The notes under the pieces: model-generated | What the model saw: the letters and a program-made list of their open reading frames with translations, nothing else | Database searches by the model: none | Told to the model about the DNA's origin: nothing | Assembly: GCF_001194135.2 (NCBI RefSeq) | Contig: NC_068984.1 | Span: 111,778,875 to 111,842,874 of the forward strand | DNA: 64,000 nucleotides | Reading direction: 5' to 3' | From: Octopus bimaculoides | Lineage: Eukaryota | Made by a program: the position numbers and the translations under genes | Shown: positions 37,336 through 48,954 of the stretch, piece after piece | Layout: each line of letters begins with the position of its first letter | Numbering within the stretch: position 1 is the stretch's first letter

Positions 37336-37835
37336 TATTATGGAAGCAAGCTGAAAGAACCATTAGCACACTGGACAACATGCTTAGTGGCATTTCTCTT
37401 GGTTTTACTTTCTGAATTCAGCTCCTGTTAACATTAATTTTGCCCTTCATCACTGAGGTCAATAAAATATGTACCAGTTGTGTACTGGAGTTGATGTAAT
37501 CGATTAGCTACTTCCCCTTAAATTTCAGGCCTTGCGTCTATAGCTGAAAAAGATATTATTATGATCATGAGCCAAACAGCCTAACCACTAAGCCACACAC
37601 ACACACACACACATATATAACAGTGTATAAGTGTATATACACAGAGAGGTGACTCTTGGCAGGACGCCTTACATGCTAGAAAGGGCAGCCAAACCCAAAC
37701 CACGTAAAAAGGTGACTGTGCTGCTGACCATGTGACTGCGCTTGCACAGTTGATTTGAAGGCATAATGTATATGTATGCAGCACGCACATGTGATTTCAG
37801 TACATATTAAGCCTCATAATTATGCATTGTCTTAG

Positions 37836-37851
37836 CAATCCTACTGACAAG
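37836..37851 (+). CDS. candidate 16-nt exon
   Basis: Acceptor ATGCATTGTCTTAG, donor AAG|GTACGA. Confidence 0.15.
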
Positions 37852-38007
37852 GTACGAACAACAAATTAATTTATTTATTCATTAATACACTCTTATGTAT
37901 GAAAATATGTTGTCTACTGAATTTTATTATGCATGCTAGCCACTGGTATGAAACTTTTTCTAAAATTTCTACCCTTATAATTTTCACAGCATATATATAT
38001 AAATATG

Positions 38008-38879
38008 CAGGGTGAATAAACTGTCGTCTAAATTACGCAAAACTGAAAATAACATTGACACCTCATTTTAACAGATATATCTACCAAAATTGCATAAAAC
38101 TATCTTGTAATACTAAAGAGTAAATTTATTCAATAAAATTGCCATTGGCTTCAACCACAGCTTCAAGATGACTTCAGAATCTCCTGTAGCTCCTCTGGAC
38201 AGTTTCCTTGTTTAAGTTGGTGAATGCTACCATAATCCTTGCCTTCACTTCATCTTTGATGTTACAAGGAATTCTGCTGTTTTCTCGCTCAACTGTGCCC
38301 TATACATAATAATCAAGGGGGTTGAAGTCTGGAGGATTTGGTGGCCAGATGTTAGGGTTGATGTGGTCACAGAAATTGCCTCACAGCCATGACTGTGTTC
38401 TCCTGCTTTTGTGGCATGGTGCGGAGTCCTGTTGCCAGACATAGAGTCTTCCAGCAGCCACCTTCTTCGCCCAGGACTGCATTACTTCCTCCAGGCACTT
38501 GATGAAGGCCTCCATGTTGAGTGTGAGACCATGTGGGAAGATGAATGGAGGCATAACATCACCATCACTAGTGATCACACCAAACATCATGATGTTGACT
38601 GGATATTTGATTTTTATCACTCTTGGTACATGTCCTCAAATTGCACTGTCCTCAGACTGATACCCAAACTCTCTGAAATATTTGCATTGGATCTTCGAAT
38701 GTGAATGCCAAGCAGTACAGCATGTCGCTTCCAAATTTCTGATAGAGTGAATAGCATCATGGCGCTGTTTTCCTTACAGACTGTGCCCAACTAACCCCAC
38801 TATACAAAATCAAAAACAAACGATGTGCATGTGCGAAATTAAAAATATAAAACAACAACAATTTACCCATTGCGCCCTG
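38008..38879 (-). mobile_element. internally deleted DD37D (maT/mori-type) Tc1/mariner transposon
   Basis: WQQDSAPCH...WPPNPPDFNPLDYYV with 37 residues between the last two Asp (counted through a stop codon). N-terminal KRHAVLLG..ISLRTVQ. Degenerate TIRs CAGGG..TAAA.TGT.GT at both ends, with TA at 38880-38881. Confidence 0.88.
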
Positions 38880-38893
38880 TATGTATATATATG

Positions 38894-39318
38894 TTGCTGT
38901 TGGCACTCTGTTGCTTATGGCGTCGAGGGTTCCAGTCGATCCGATCAACGGAACAGCTTGCTCGTGAAATTAACGTGCAAGTGGCTGAGCAATCCACAGA
39001 CACCTGTACCCTTAACGTAGTNNNNNNNNNNAGCAATCCACAGACACCTGTACCCTTAACGTAGTTCTCGGGGATATTCAGCGTGACACAGTGTGACAAG
39101 GCTGACCCTTTAAAATACAGGTACAACAGAAAGAAAGAGTGAGAGAAAGTTGTAGTGGAAGAGTACAACAGGGTTCGCCACCATCCCCTGCTGGAGCCTT
39201 GTGGAGCTTTTAGGTGTTTTCGCTCAATAAACACTCACAACGCCCAGTCTGGGAATCGAAACCACGATCCTATGACTGCGAGTCTGCTGCCCTAACCACT
39301 GGGTCATTGCGCTTCCAC
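38894..39318 (-). mobile_element. SINE head2 + tail E, with a 10-N gap and duplicated overlap
   Basis: Matches 9823-10209. Confidence 0.85.
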
Positions 39319-39320
39319 TG

Positions 39321-39385
<65 letters not shown>

Positions 39386-39888
39386 CACTGAGGAAATGAC
39401 AAGGAACTGGGTAATGTGGCGATTTGCTGTACTTGATAATACACATGAAGCTAAATAAAATCACTGTCTTCCAGACATGCAGGCTGGTCTTTTCAGGTGT
39501 CAGTGCTACATAAAAATCACCTGTGCCAGTGCTACACAAATGCACCCATGCCAGTGGCACGTACATAGTATCTAGCACACTCTGAGGTGTTGTCGGTGTT
39601 AGTAAGGGCATCCAGATATAGAAACCATGCCGAAACAGACACTGAAACCTGGTGCAATCTTCTACCTAGCCAGCTCCTGTCAAACCGTCTAATCCATGCC
39701 AGCATGGAAAGCAGATGTTAAATGATGATGATGAGGATGATGATGATACATATAAAAATGTGCATATGTATGTATATATGTATGTGTGTGCGTGTGCGTA
39801 TATATATCTATTTATGTATATATATTTATTTACGTTTGTGTATATATTCCCTTTTAAAATTCTTATCTGCTTTGTTTTTGTTTTTAAG

Positions 39889-39909
39889 TAAAGTGAATCC
39901 CTATTGGCA
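39889..39909 (+). CDS. candidate 21-nt in-frame microexon (xKVNPYWx)
   Basis: Acceptor TCTGCTTTGTTTTTGTTTTTAAG, perfect donor GCA|GTAAGT. Only one frame is open (symmetric phase 2). Confidence 0.45.
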
Positions 39910-40414
39910 GTAAGTTTCTAGTTGAGTATTCTCTGCGATGAGCATTCTTTTTTTAATTTTATTTTTATATATTTATGTATTGTATTTATTTTATTTGTTA
40001 TCTCATGCCATCATCACCTTGGTTCTAGTCTGCTACATGTATGTAATTATGGTCTGTGATAAAATACTAAGTTTTTATCTGGGAAAGAATGTATATTGTG
40101 TAAGCTAGTTTTTCCCCTCTGTGTGTTTGGGGACTTTTTACAGTCTGTTGAAAATTTATTACATAGAAAACAAAAATGAAACTAATGCAACACAAAGAGT
40201 GATTGTTGTTGTTGTTGTTGTTACCTTTAATAGAAATCTACTATATTTATAGCATGTACTTTTGTGTAAACAATCTACAACGCAAAATGTAGCAAAAAAT
40301 ATAGGACACTACGTTTAGTGGGAATTGAAATTACGATCTTAAGATTTAAAAACAAACTGCACGAAAGATATATATTACTAATATAAACCTCTACTGTTTT
40401 TTGCATCGGGACTA

Positions 40415-40742
40415 AAGGACCCCCTTTGGTCATGAATAACCATGGGATTGCACCTAGAAAGTTACCGTCCCATGCACAAGTCCAGGCAAGGTTGTTTATG
40501 GAAGACAAGCAGTCACCTATGCATACCAGCCTCCCCTATCCATGCCACCAGTGTTATCCAAGGGAAAGGCAAAGGCCGATACAGCTTGGCACCTGTGACG
40601 TCGCGACTCATTTCTACAGCTGAGTGAACTGGAGCAACGTGAAATAAAATGTCTTGCTGAAGAACACAACACACAGCCCGGTCCGGGAATCGAACTCACT
40701 ACCTTATGATTGTGAGCCTGACATTCTAACCACTGAGCCTAC
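40415..40742 (-). mobile_element. SINE head1 + tail F
   Basis: Reverse complement of the 8403-type element. Confidence 0.85.
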
Positions 40743-40944
40743 GCATATCTGAAACACTAATATTCTTGAAGATAAAAATAGTCCATGTAGCTGTTGGGTT
40801 GTCTTTAGCTTCTATGTTGTTAAATGTATGGAAAGATAAATTCACATTTAATGAGATAAGACCCACCCAGAAAATTAACAACACTAACAGCAAATTGCAC
40901 AAGCAGAAAGAAAACCTCATCATTTTCACTGTCCAGTTTGGATG

Positions 40945-41102
40945 GTTTACTCTAGCTTGCTTACCAACCACATGGTTCTGGGTTCAGTCCCACAGCATGG
41001 CACCTTGGGCACGTGTCTTCAACTATAGCCTCGGGCCGACCAAAGCCTTGTGAGTGGATTTGGTAGACGGAAACTGAAAGAAGCCTGCCGTATACATGTA
41101 TG

Positions 41103-41160
<58 letters not shown>

Positions 41161-41395
41161 GTGTGTGTATATGTTTGTGTGTCTGTGTTTGTCCCCCCAA
41201 CTTCGCTTGACAACCGAGGCTGGTGTGTTTACGTCCCTGTAATTTAGCGGTTCGGCAAAAAGAGACCGATAGAATAAGTACTAGGCTTACAAAGAATAAG
41301 TCCTGGGGTTGATTTGCTCGACTAAAAGGCAGTGCCCCAGCATTGCCGCAGTCAAAATGACTGAAACAAGTAAAAGAGTAAAAGAGAGTAAAGAG
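40945..41395 (+). mobile_element. SINE-A
   Basis: Near-complete A unit. Confidence 0.85.
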
Positions 41396-41439
41396 TATAT
41401 CAGACTTTCTCAGTGACCGCTTAGCAGACAATTACTGCA

Positions 41440-41585
41440 ACTTGATGCTGAGTGAGAGAATCTCCATTGTTGTGAACTGAAGAGTGGTAATAATGCAGCT
41501 GAGAAAGGATACTGACAAGAGGGACTTAGAGGACAACTTTTGGCCTCTACCTCTGCTAAATGCAGACTTTAAGATGGTTCAGCAT
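41440..41585 (+). pseudogene. degenerate Tx1/L1-type reverse transcriptase fragment
   Basis: LRKDTDKRDLEDNFWPLPLLNADFKM resembles the RT domain-1 motif NYRPISLLN.D.KI. Confidence 0.6.
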
Positions 41586-42067
41586 GTGTAAAGCTTAAAA
41601 TGCTTTTGGTTAACAGTAATACATAATAAGTAGTTTCATTATAAGATGGTAAGCTGGCAGAATCGTTAGCATGCCAGGTAATATGCTTAGTAGCATATCA
41701 TCTGTCTTTACATTCTGAGTTCTATTACCACTGAGATCGACTTTTTAGCAGACACTAAATAATGATGATGACTACTTATGGATTACTGCTATCCAATTCC
41801 ATCTTAAGGTTTACACAAACTGAGCATACAGCGTCTTGTTAATAAATAAATATTATAGGGTCCAGTGTGTTGATTTGCCTGGAGCCCTAAAATATTGCTT
41901 TACTGCTTCTTAGATGGCTACAAACTAATCACAAACCTTGATTCCTATAACTAAACGAGTTAGATGTCTATGGCTTTGAGTAAAGCAGGTTTGGAAATAT
42001 GGCAAGCTCAGAAGGTGTTGCATGGTCGGAGCTTTTTACTTTATATGTGCGGCATAAAAAAAAGTTA

Positions 42068-42545
42068 TAACAGATATCAGTCTGCCCATGTCTCCATTAA
42101 GAAGCTATAAATGGACATCAGTCCACCTCTGTAGCTATTAAGAAACAGAAAACAGACACCTGTTCACTCCTGTGTCCTTTAACAAACAGTAAGAGAACAC
42201 CAGTTTACTCTTTTATCAATTAACAAACAGTAAATGGAAATCAGTCCATTTCTGTGCCCATTAACAAACCATATAAAAGGATATCAGTCCACACCTGTAG
42301 TAGTTAACAAACAGTAGATAGCTACTTGTCTACCTTTGTATCTATTAACAAACAGTAAACAGATACCTGTCCACTTATGTGTCTATTAGCAAGCAGTAAG
42401 TGGACACAAGTGCACTCCTGTACCCAGTAACAAACAGGAAATGGACATCAGTCCACTTCTGTAGTAATTAACAAGCAGCATATGGCTACCTGTCCACTCT
42501 TGTATTGAATTAATAAACAGTAAACAGATATCTGTATCCATTAGC
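42068..42545. repeat. 41-bp minisatellite, about 11 degenerate units
   Basis: Consensus approximately TTAACAAACAGTAAATGGACATCAGTCCACTTCTGTGTCCA. The first full unit starts at 42097. Confidence 0.9.
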
Positions 42546-43274
42546 AATGATAATGGTCACCATTCCTCCCTCAAAGTCCTTTAAGAAACAATAACCAAGC
42601 ACAAGTCCCAACAATTAGTGTGAACTGAGACAATGCATGGAATCATAGCGAAATACCAGCTTTGGTTTTGAACATTTAACTTAGTAGGTAGTTATCCCAG
42701 TTCTCTATTCTTTTAACCATTTGGCTATTATGACAGGTCACAAACTGATAGAATTACTAACATTCCTCGTATTCATTCTCAATCTCAGTGCTATGATTCT
42801 AAATTCCTCTAAGGATATCTTTGCTTTCCATTTTTTTAAAGCCAATTAACAATAAATTTCAATGAAGAATGGTTCCGGTAGAATTGTTATTGCATTGCTA
42901 ATATTGTTATACAGTATTAGGTTCATCTCTTTGCATTCTGAGTCCAAATTTCACATGTGGTTCAAAAGACAAATGAAGCAAGGAGTATTGAGGATGGTAG
43001 AAGCATCTGGTCCAGAGTTGCAAACATCTAACTCAATAAAGCTTGTGCTGTTGTATGGGAGTTTTGTCACCTTTATTAATAGGTGGCCACAGGAAGCTCA
43101 AGTGTTGTTCTGGAAGGGGTTGAAACATCTACAGAGCTGCTCTGTCACATGATGAGACAGAGGACAGCAAAGATGGAGTACAGCAGTACCCTCTGCACAT
43201 AAGTGCTTACCCTAAAATCATTGGGCCGAGACTAACCCACCTGACCTCAGGAGGAGCCTGCAATTGGTCAGGAT

Positions 43275-43570
43275 AGACAGGTAAAGGATAAAGACCCTCT
43301 TTGGTCATGAATAACCATGGGATTATACACGGGAAGTTACTCTCTGAGGCACAAGTTCAGGCAAGGCTGGTTGTTGAAGACCAGCAGTCACTCACGCTTA
43401 CCAGCCTCCCCTCTCCATGCCACTGATGTTATCCAAGGGAAAGGCAAAGGCCGATACAGCTTGGCACCTGTGACATAGCAAATCTTTTCTACGGGTGAGT
43501 GAACTGGAACAACATGAAATAAAGTGTCTTGTTCAAGAGGACAACACACAGACCAGTCTGGGAACTGCAT
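43275..43570 (-). mobile_element. SINE head1 + tail F, tRNA head truncated
   Basis: Reverse complement of tail F and the head1 core. Confidence 0.75.
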
Positions 43571-44832
43571 AGACAGATAGGCTCTACAATTTGCATGAAC
43601 TAACCATCAGTGGTATGCTTAGGTTTTCATTCAACACTAGATTAACAATGGTAAATACAAATAATTTCATCCCCTCCACTCAAACACTAAACTAAATATT
43701 CCAAGTCATTTATTACAACTTTCAACTATATTTGCTGTTTCTCTGCGACCATATCACGGGAGGATCGAAATTGTAAATTTAAGGCTAAATTATTTGTGGC
43801 TAAAGAAAAATAGACAAGACAGAACTATTAAGAAAATTACAAAAGAGAAAGATATAAAAAAGAAAAGAGGAATGAATAATATGGTAACGGTTGCAGACAA
43901 CATTGTGATTGTTCTTTGAGAGAAACATTCAGAATTTAACTTTATATTCTTGGGTTATACAGAACATATTCGCATTTATTCTTCTTTCATCAGAAGAAGA
44001 GTTTTAGCAACTTTATCTCGTCTTCTTCTTCTTCTTCTTCTTCTTCTTCTTCTCGTATTTCCTATTTACATCTGGTTCTTCAATAAGGTTCTTTCATTTC
44101 GGTTGTGGCGGTATTGTGGAAAAAGAATGAAATAGAATGAAAGGACGTGTGGGATAAAAACAGCATTGAATTGCAGAGTAGTCTTGGAGAATGAGAAAGA
44201 AACGGCGGGCAGTGGACGGAGGGGTTGGGATGGGGGTCTCTCTCAACACTGCTGCTGCTGCTGTCTCTGCCAAGCCACCACCACCACCACCACTGTAAGT
44301 AATATTAGGACTAATTACTAATCTATCAAGACCACCGAGTTTATTACCCCTACTACCATAACCAGCAAAAACCACCACCACCACCATCATCATCCTCATC
44401 ATCATCATCTGCACTACCACCACATCAACAAAATTACTACTACTGCTACTACTACTACTACTACTATTACTTCTACTCTCATTATTGCTACCATAAATGC
44501 TATTACCACTTATGTCAGGCCTTTGCCCTGTCAGGGAAATGAAAATTTGAAATAGGAATCGAATGATAATCTACCTATGTGTCTGTGTTTGTGAGTGAAA
44601 GAGGGGGGAGAGGGGGAAAGAGAGACAGATAGAGATAGAGAGAGAAGATAGATAGGGATAGGGTGATTGTGTGAATATGTGTGAAGGGTTGTTTATCTGG
44701 CGCTTGATATAATATTCTCACAGTCTATCTATCTGTCTATCAATCAATCTATCTATCTGTCTGTCTATCTATTTATCTGTGTCTCTCTCGTTCTCTGTAT
44801 TTTCTCTCTCTCCTTCTCTTTCTCATTCTCTC

Positions 44833-44869
<37 letters not shown>

Positions 44870-45255
44870 NNNNNNNNNNNNNNNNNNNNNNNNNNNNNNN
44901 NNNNNNNNNNNNNNNNNNNNNNNNNNNNNNNNNNNNNNNNNNNNNNNNNNNNNNNNNNNNNNNNNNNNNNNNNNNNNNNNNNNNNNNNNNNNNNNNNNNN
45001 NNNNNNNNNNNNNNNNNNNNNNNNNNNNNNNNNNNNNNNNNNNNNNNNNNNNNNNNNNNNNNNNNNNNNNNNNNNNNNNNNNNNNNNNNNNNNNNNNNNN
45101 NNNNNNNNNNNNNNNNNNNNNNNNNNNNNNNNNNNNNNNNNNNNNNNNNNNNNATATATAATACTTCTATGTATTATGTATACATCTATCTAACCACCTG
45201 TATTTCCCCTTTTAGGCTCTATTTCTTTCCTCCCTCCATCCCTCTCTCTCCTCTC

Positions 45256-45301
<46 letters not shown>

Positions 45302-45471
45302 CATCCCTTTATATGTATGCATGTGTGTTTGTTGTGAGGGCATGTATTTGTATAATTATTCTAAAATTGTAAGGAGGGGACAGACAGTCAGAAGGTAACT
45401 AGATGAAACCCCAAAATGTTTATGGGTAATTGTAGATAATAATTGGATAAATAGAAAGGTAAATACAAACC

Positions 45472-45511
<40 letters not shown>

Positions 45512-45582
45512 CACACACACATATGGGAAGAGTGATAGAGAAAGAGAGGGAACGATAGACAAATAGATGTAGATATATAGAT

Positions 45583-46015
45583 GCAGGAGTGGCTGTGTGG
45601 TAAGAAGCTTGCTTCTCAATAACATGGTTTCAGGTTCAATCCTATTGTGTAGCACCTTGGGCAAGTGTCTTCTGTTATAGCCTCGGGTCGACCAAAGCCT
45701 TGTGAGTGGGTTTGGTAGATGGAAACTGAAAGAAGCCTGTCGTATATATATATATATTTATATGTATATGTATCTATGTGTGTGTGTCTTTGTGTCTGTG
45801 TTTGTGCCCCTCCCGACCACCACCATTACTGCTTGACAACTGGTATTGGTGTGTTTATGTCCCCATAACTTAGCGGTTTGGCAAAAGAGACCGACAGAAT
45901 AAGTACCAGGCTTAGAGAGTAAGTACTGGGGTTGATTCATGCAACTAAAAATACAAGGCAGTGCCCCAGCATGGCCACAGTCTAATGACTGCAACAAGTA
46001 CAAGATAAAAGATAA
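45583..46015 (+). mobile_element. SINE-A
   Basis: Complete A unit. Confidence 0.85.
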
Positions 46016-46289
46016 ACGATATAGATAGATAAATAAATAGACAGACAGACAGACAGACAGACACATAAACACACAGATAGATAGATAAATAGACAGACAG
46101 ACAGAGAGAGAGAGAGCTAGATAGATAGATATAGATATAATCATCTTCATTGTTTTAACATCAACTTTTCTGTGCTTGTATGGGTTGGATGGAGTTCATT
46201 AATGCATGTTTTCTACACTCAGATGCTTTTCCTGTCACCAACCCTTACCTGTAATATTTCCCCATAGCCAGATATTTTCTTGCAGAATA

Positions 46290-46610
46290 CCGGAAATAAA
46301 TGGTGCAGACGCGTTTTCCACTATTCAAAGCAGTGCTGGAACTCTTGCGATGCGATACCTTTTAACATGTCTGTTGTTTTTTTCTTCACCTCTTCCACAT
46401 CTGCAAATTCCATGGCACCAGCTTTTGACCTTCGAGAAAAAGTCTGGATCAACTTCCAACTGTTCTTTCAGTTCACAACACGCATTCAGTCGCGACTGAT
46501 TTTGATCTTCCATGAGCAAGCGAAGCACAAATTTTGCTGCAGCTCTATTCATTTGCAGTTACTCACTCAAAATTCGTTGGTAGGATCTCTAAAACACACC
46601 AGTCATATCA
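46290..46610 (-). pseudogene. mariner transposase remnant with a large internal deletion
   Basis: QRILSE*LQMNRAAAKFVLRLLMEDQ..SRLNACCELKE..DPDFFSK is fused to FADVEEVKKKTT..LK.I...EFQHCFE. The catalytic core is missing. Confidence 0.8.
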
Positions 46611-46649
46611 NNNNNNNNNNNNNNNNNNNNNNNNNNNNNNNNNNNNNNT

Positions 46650-46866
46650 CTTATTTCTTTACTGCCCACCAAGGGCTACACACAAGGACAGACAAACAGA
46701 TTAAGTTGATTATATCGACCCCAGTGCATAACTGGTACTTATTTAATCGACCCCAAAAGGATGAAAGGTAAAGTCGACCTCAGCGGAATTTGAACTCAGA
46801 ACGTAGCGGCAGAAGAAATAAGCATTTCGGCCGGCGTGCTAACGTTTCTGCCAGCTCATCACCTTC
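46650..46866 (-). mobile_element. SINE-D with ...GTGGGCAGTAAAGAAATAAGA tail
   Basis: Reverse complement of the 54046-54275 type. Confidence 0.85.
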
Positions 46867-47184
46867 AATTGTTTCGTGACAGTCGTCCAAGTTCATGGAT
46901 TTTCATGATGTTTTCATTTCTTCAGGAGGTTGACAGTCATCTTGAACAAAACTGGTCTTCAAGCAACAAGTGACCATTCCTAAAGCATGGAAACCACTCA
47001 TAAACTTGTGTTTTGCTCATGGCAGCATCCTTGTAAGCTGCTTGAAGCAAAACAACTGTTTCAGTTGCATTTTCCCCAGCAGAAAACAGAGTTTCATGGA
47101 AGCATGCTGTTCCTTTGTTTCAACCATTGCAGTGGGACTGAACCTGGAACCATGTGGCTGGGAAGCAAGCTTCTAACCATCATC

Positions 47185-47290
47185 ATTGTCATCAACATCC
47201 TGAAGTCATTCTTCAGTACTTCATTCAATGTCTTCCTGGGTCTCCCATTTCCACTTGTTCCGCATATATGTGAATCATACAAAGTCACGT
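47185..47290 (-). pseudogene. RTE-like LINE C-terminal fragment
   Basis: GNGRPRKTLNEVLKNDFRML resembles the GRP..TW....D motif. Confidence 0.55.
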
Positions 47291-47329
47291 GAAAATCGTA
47301 ATGCCCAGATTGGTAATGATCTTGGACAC

Positions 47330-47615
47330 CAACTCTTGCGACTTGTCATATGTCAAAAATCTTGTAAGACAATATCTGAACTTAAAAGACATATGTTAGT
47401 TCACAAGAACATTCCTTTAGAATCAGTTTCCAAAGGGTAAAGACATAGAAGAAACTTGAATTAAAATCCGTCACTTGTGTTTTAAACCCTGTCAGTCTGC
47501 ACCTGGTCTTAAAAGTCATCTAAGGGTTCATCGGCGGAGTGATTGTGGTGTGTGATGGAGTGTGGTGTGAGTGTTGATGGGACAGCTATCATCTGTCAAG
47601 ACGAAGCAATCATCA
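47330..47615 (+). pseudogene. degenerate two-C2H2-finger fragment, probably a LINE 3' end
   Basis: C(H/I)CQKSCKTISELKRHMLVH and (R)HLCFKPCQSAPGLKSHLRVH, then a stop and a short UTR running into (TA)n. No TGEKP linker. Confidence 0.55.
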
Positions 47616-47631
47616 TACATGTATATATATA

Positions 47632-47664
<33 letters not shown>

Positions 47665-47930
47665 GGTAGTGGTTGTCTACTCTTTACACAGAGTTTGACC
47701 ACCTCCTGCACCTACACCTTAGCCCTTTCATTGCGTCTGATGTGGCTTTTTAAACCAGGCAGTGTTTTGAAAAAACACCCACACAGATTGCACCTCTGAT
47801 TTGCACTACCAATACCTGCAAGTACGTTCTTCTCATTGTAGACCCTAACATGTCTTTTAAGACCTCCATTGGATTTACAAGCCCTCTGGCACACACCATA
47901 TTCAAACGTGTGCACAGACATATAATCAGA
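47665..47930 (-). pseudogene. second two-C2H2-finger fragment, convergent with the first
   Basis: YGVCQRACKSNGGLKRHVRVY and CNLCGCFFKTLPGLKSHIRRN, then a stop and a short UTR into the same (TA)n. Confidence 0.55.
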
Positions 47931-48002
47931 ATAGCTGATTATATATATATATATATATTTACATACACACAGACATGCACAAGCATGCACACACAGACAC
48001 AG

Positions 48003-48037
<35 letters not shown>

Positions 48038-48164
48038 TATACATAAATGTCAAAGAAAGAGAATGAGCTCTCAACACTGCATTGGTTGATAAAATTTCTT
48101 TATTTGTGTAGTATTAAGGCTACCATTGGTTTCATGTTAAGAAAATATCTTAATAACTAAATTT

Positions 48165-48580
48165 TTACGATTTGACTGAGGACTGGCGAACCAGATGGCT
48201 GCACCAGGCTCCAATCTGATCTGGCAGAGTTTCTACAGCTGGATGTCCTTCCTAACGCCAACCACTCTGAGTGTGTAGTGGGTGCTTTTAAATGTCACCA
48301 GCACAAGGGCCAGTCCGGCGATATTGGCGATGGCAACGCTCAAATGGTGCTTTTTATGTGCCACCAGCACGGAAGCCAGACAGCTGCTCTAGCAGTGATC
48401 CAGCATGGATGATGCTGTTAGCGCTCCACTGGCATGGGTGCCAGTCATCAAATTTGGTTCAATTTCAATTTCACTTGCCCCAACAGGTCTTTGCAAGCAG
48501 AGTTTAGTGTCCAATGAAGGAAGGTTGGCATGGGTGCCAGTCAAATCTGGTTCGATTTCGATTTCGATTTCACTTGCCTC
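48165..48580 (-). mobile_element. family C repeat, tail lost, runs into a gap
   Basis: Matches 36808-37300. Confidence 0.8.
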
Positions 48581-48923
48581 NNNNNNNNNNNNNNNNNNNN
48601 NNNNNNNNNNNNNNNNNNNNNNNNNNNNNNNNNNNNNNNNNNNNNNNNNNNNNNNNNNNNNNNNNNNNNNNNNNNNNNNNNNNNNNNNNNNNNNNNNNNN
48701 NNNNNNNNNNNNNNNNNNNNNNNNNNNNNNNNNNNNNNNNNNNNNNNNNNNNNNNNNNNNNNNNNNNNNNNNNNNNNNNNNNNNNNNNNNNNNNNNNNNN
48801 NNNNNNNNNNNNNNNNNNNNNNNNNNNNNNNNNNNNNNNNNNNNNNNNNNNNNNNNNNNNNNNNNNNNNNNNNNNNNNNNNNNNNNNNNNNNNNNNNNNN
48901 NNNNNNNNNNNNNNNNNNNNNNN

Positions 48924-48954
<31 letters not shown>

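Noticed and set aside
39001-39060. Apparent tandem duplication inside the SINE around a 10-N gap
   Set aside because: It is most likely an overlap of contig ends at a scaffold join rather than biology.
42068-42545. CRISPR array suggested by regularly spaced palindromic units
   Set aside because: The units are contiguous degenerate monomers without unique spacers, there are no cas genes, and the context is eukaryotic.
47330-47930. Host C2H2 zinc-finger gene
   Set aside because: The fingers have lost ligands or are frameshifted, there are no TGEKP linkers, and the two pieces are on opposite strands with retroposon-like 3' ends.
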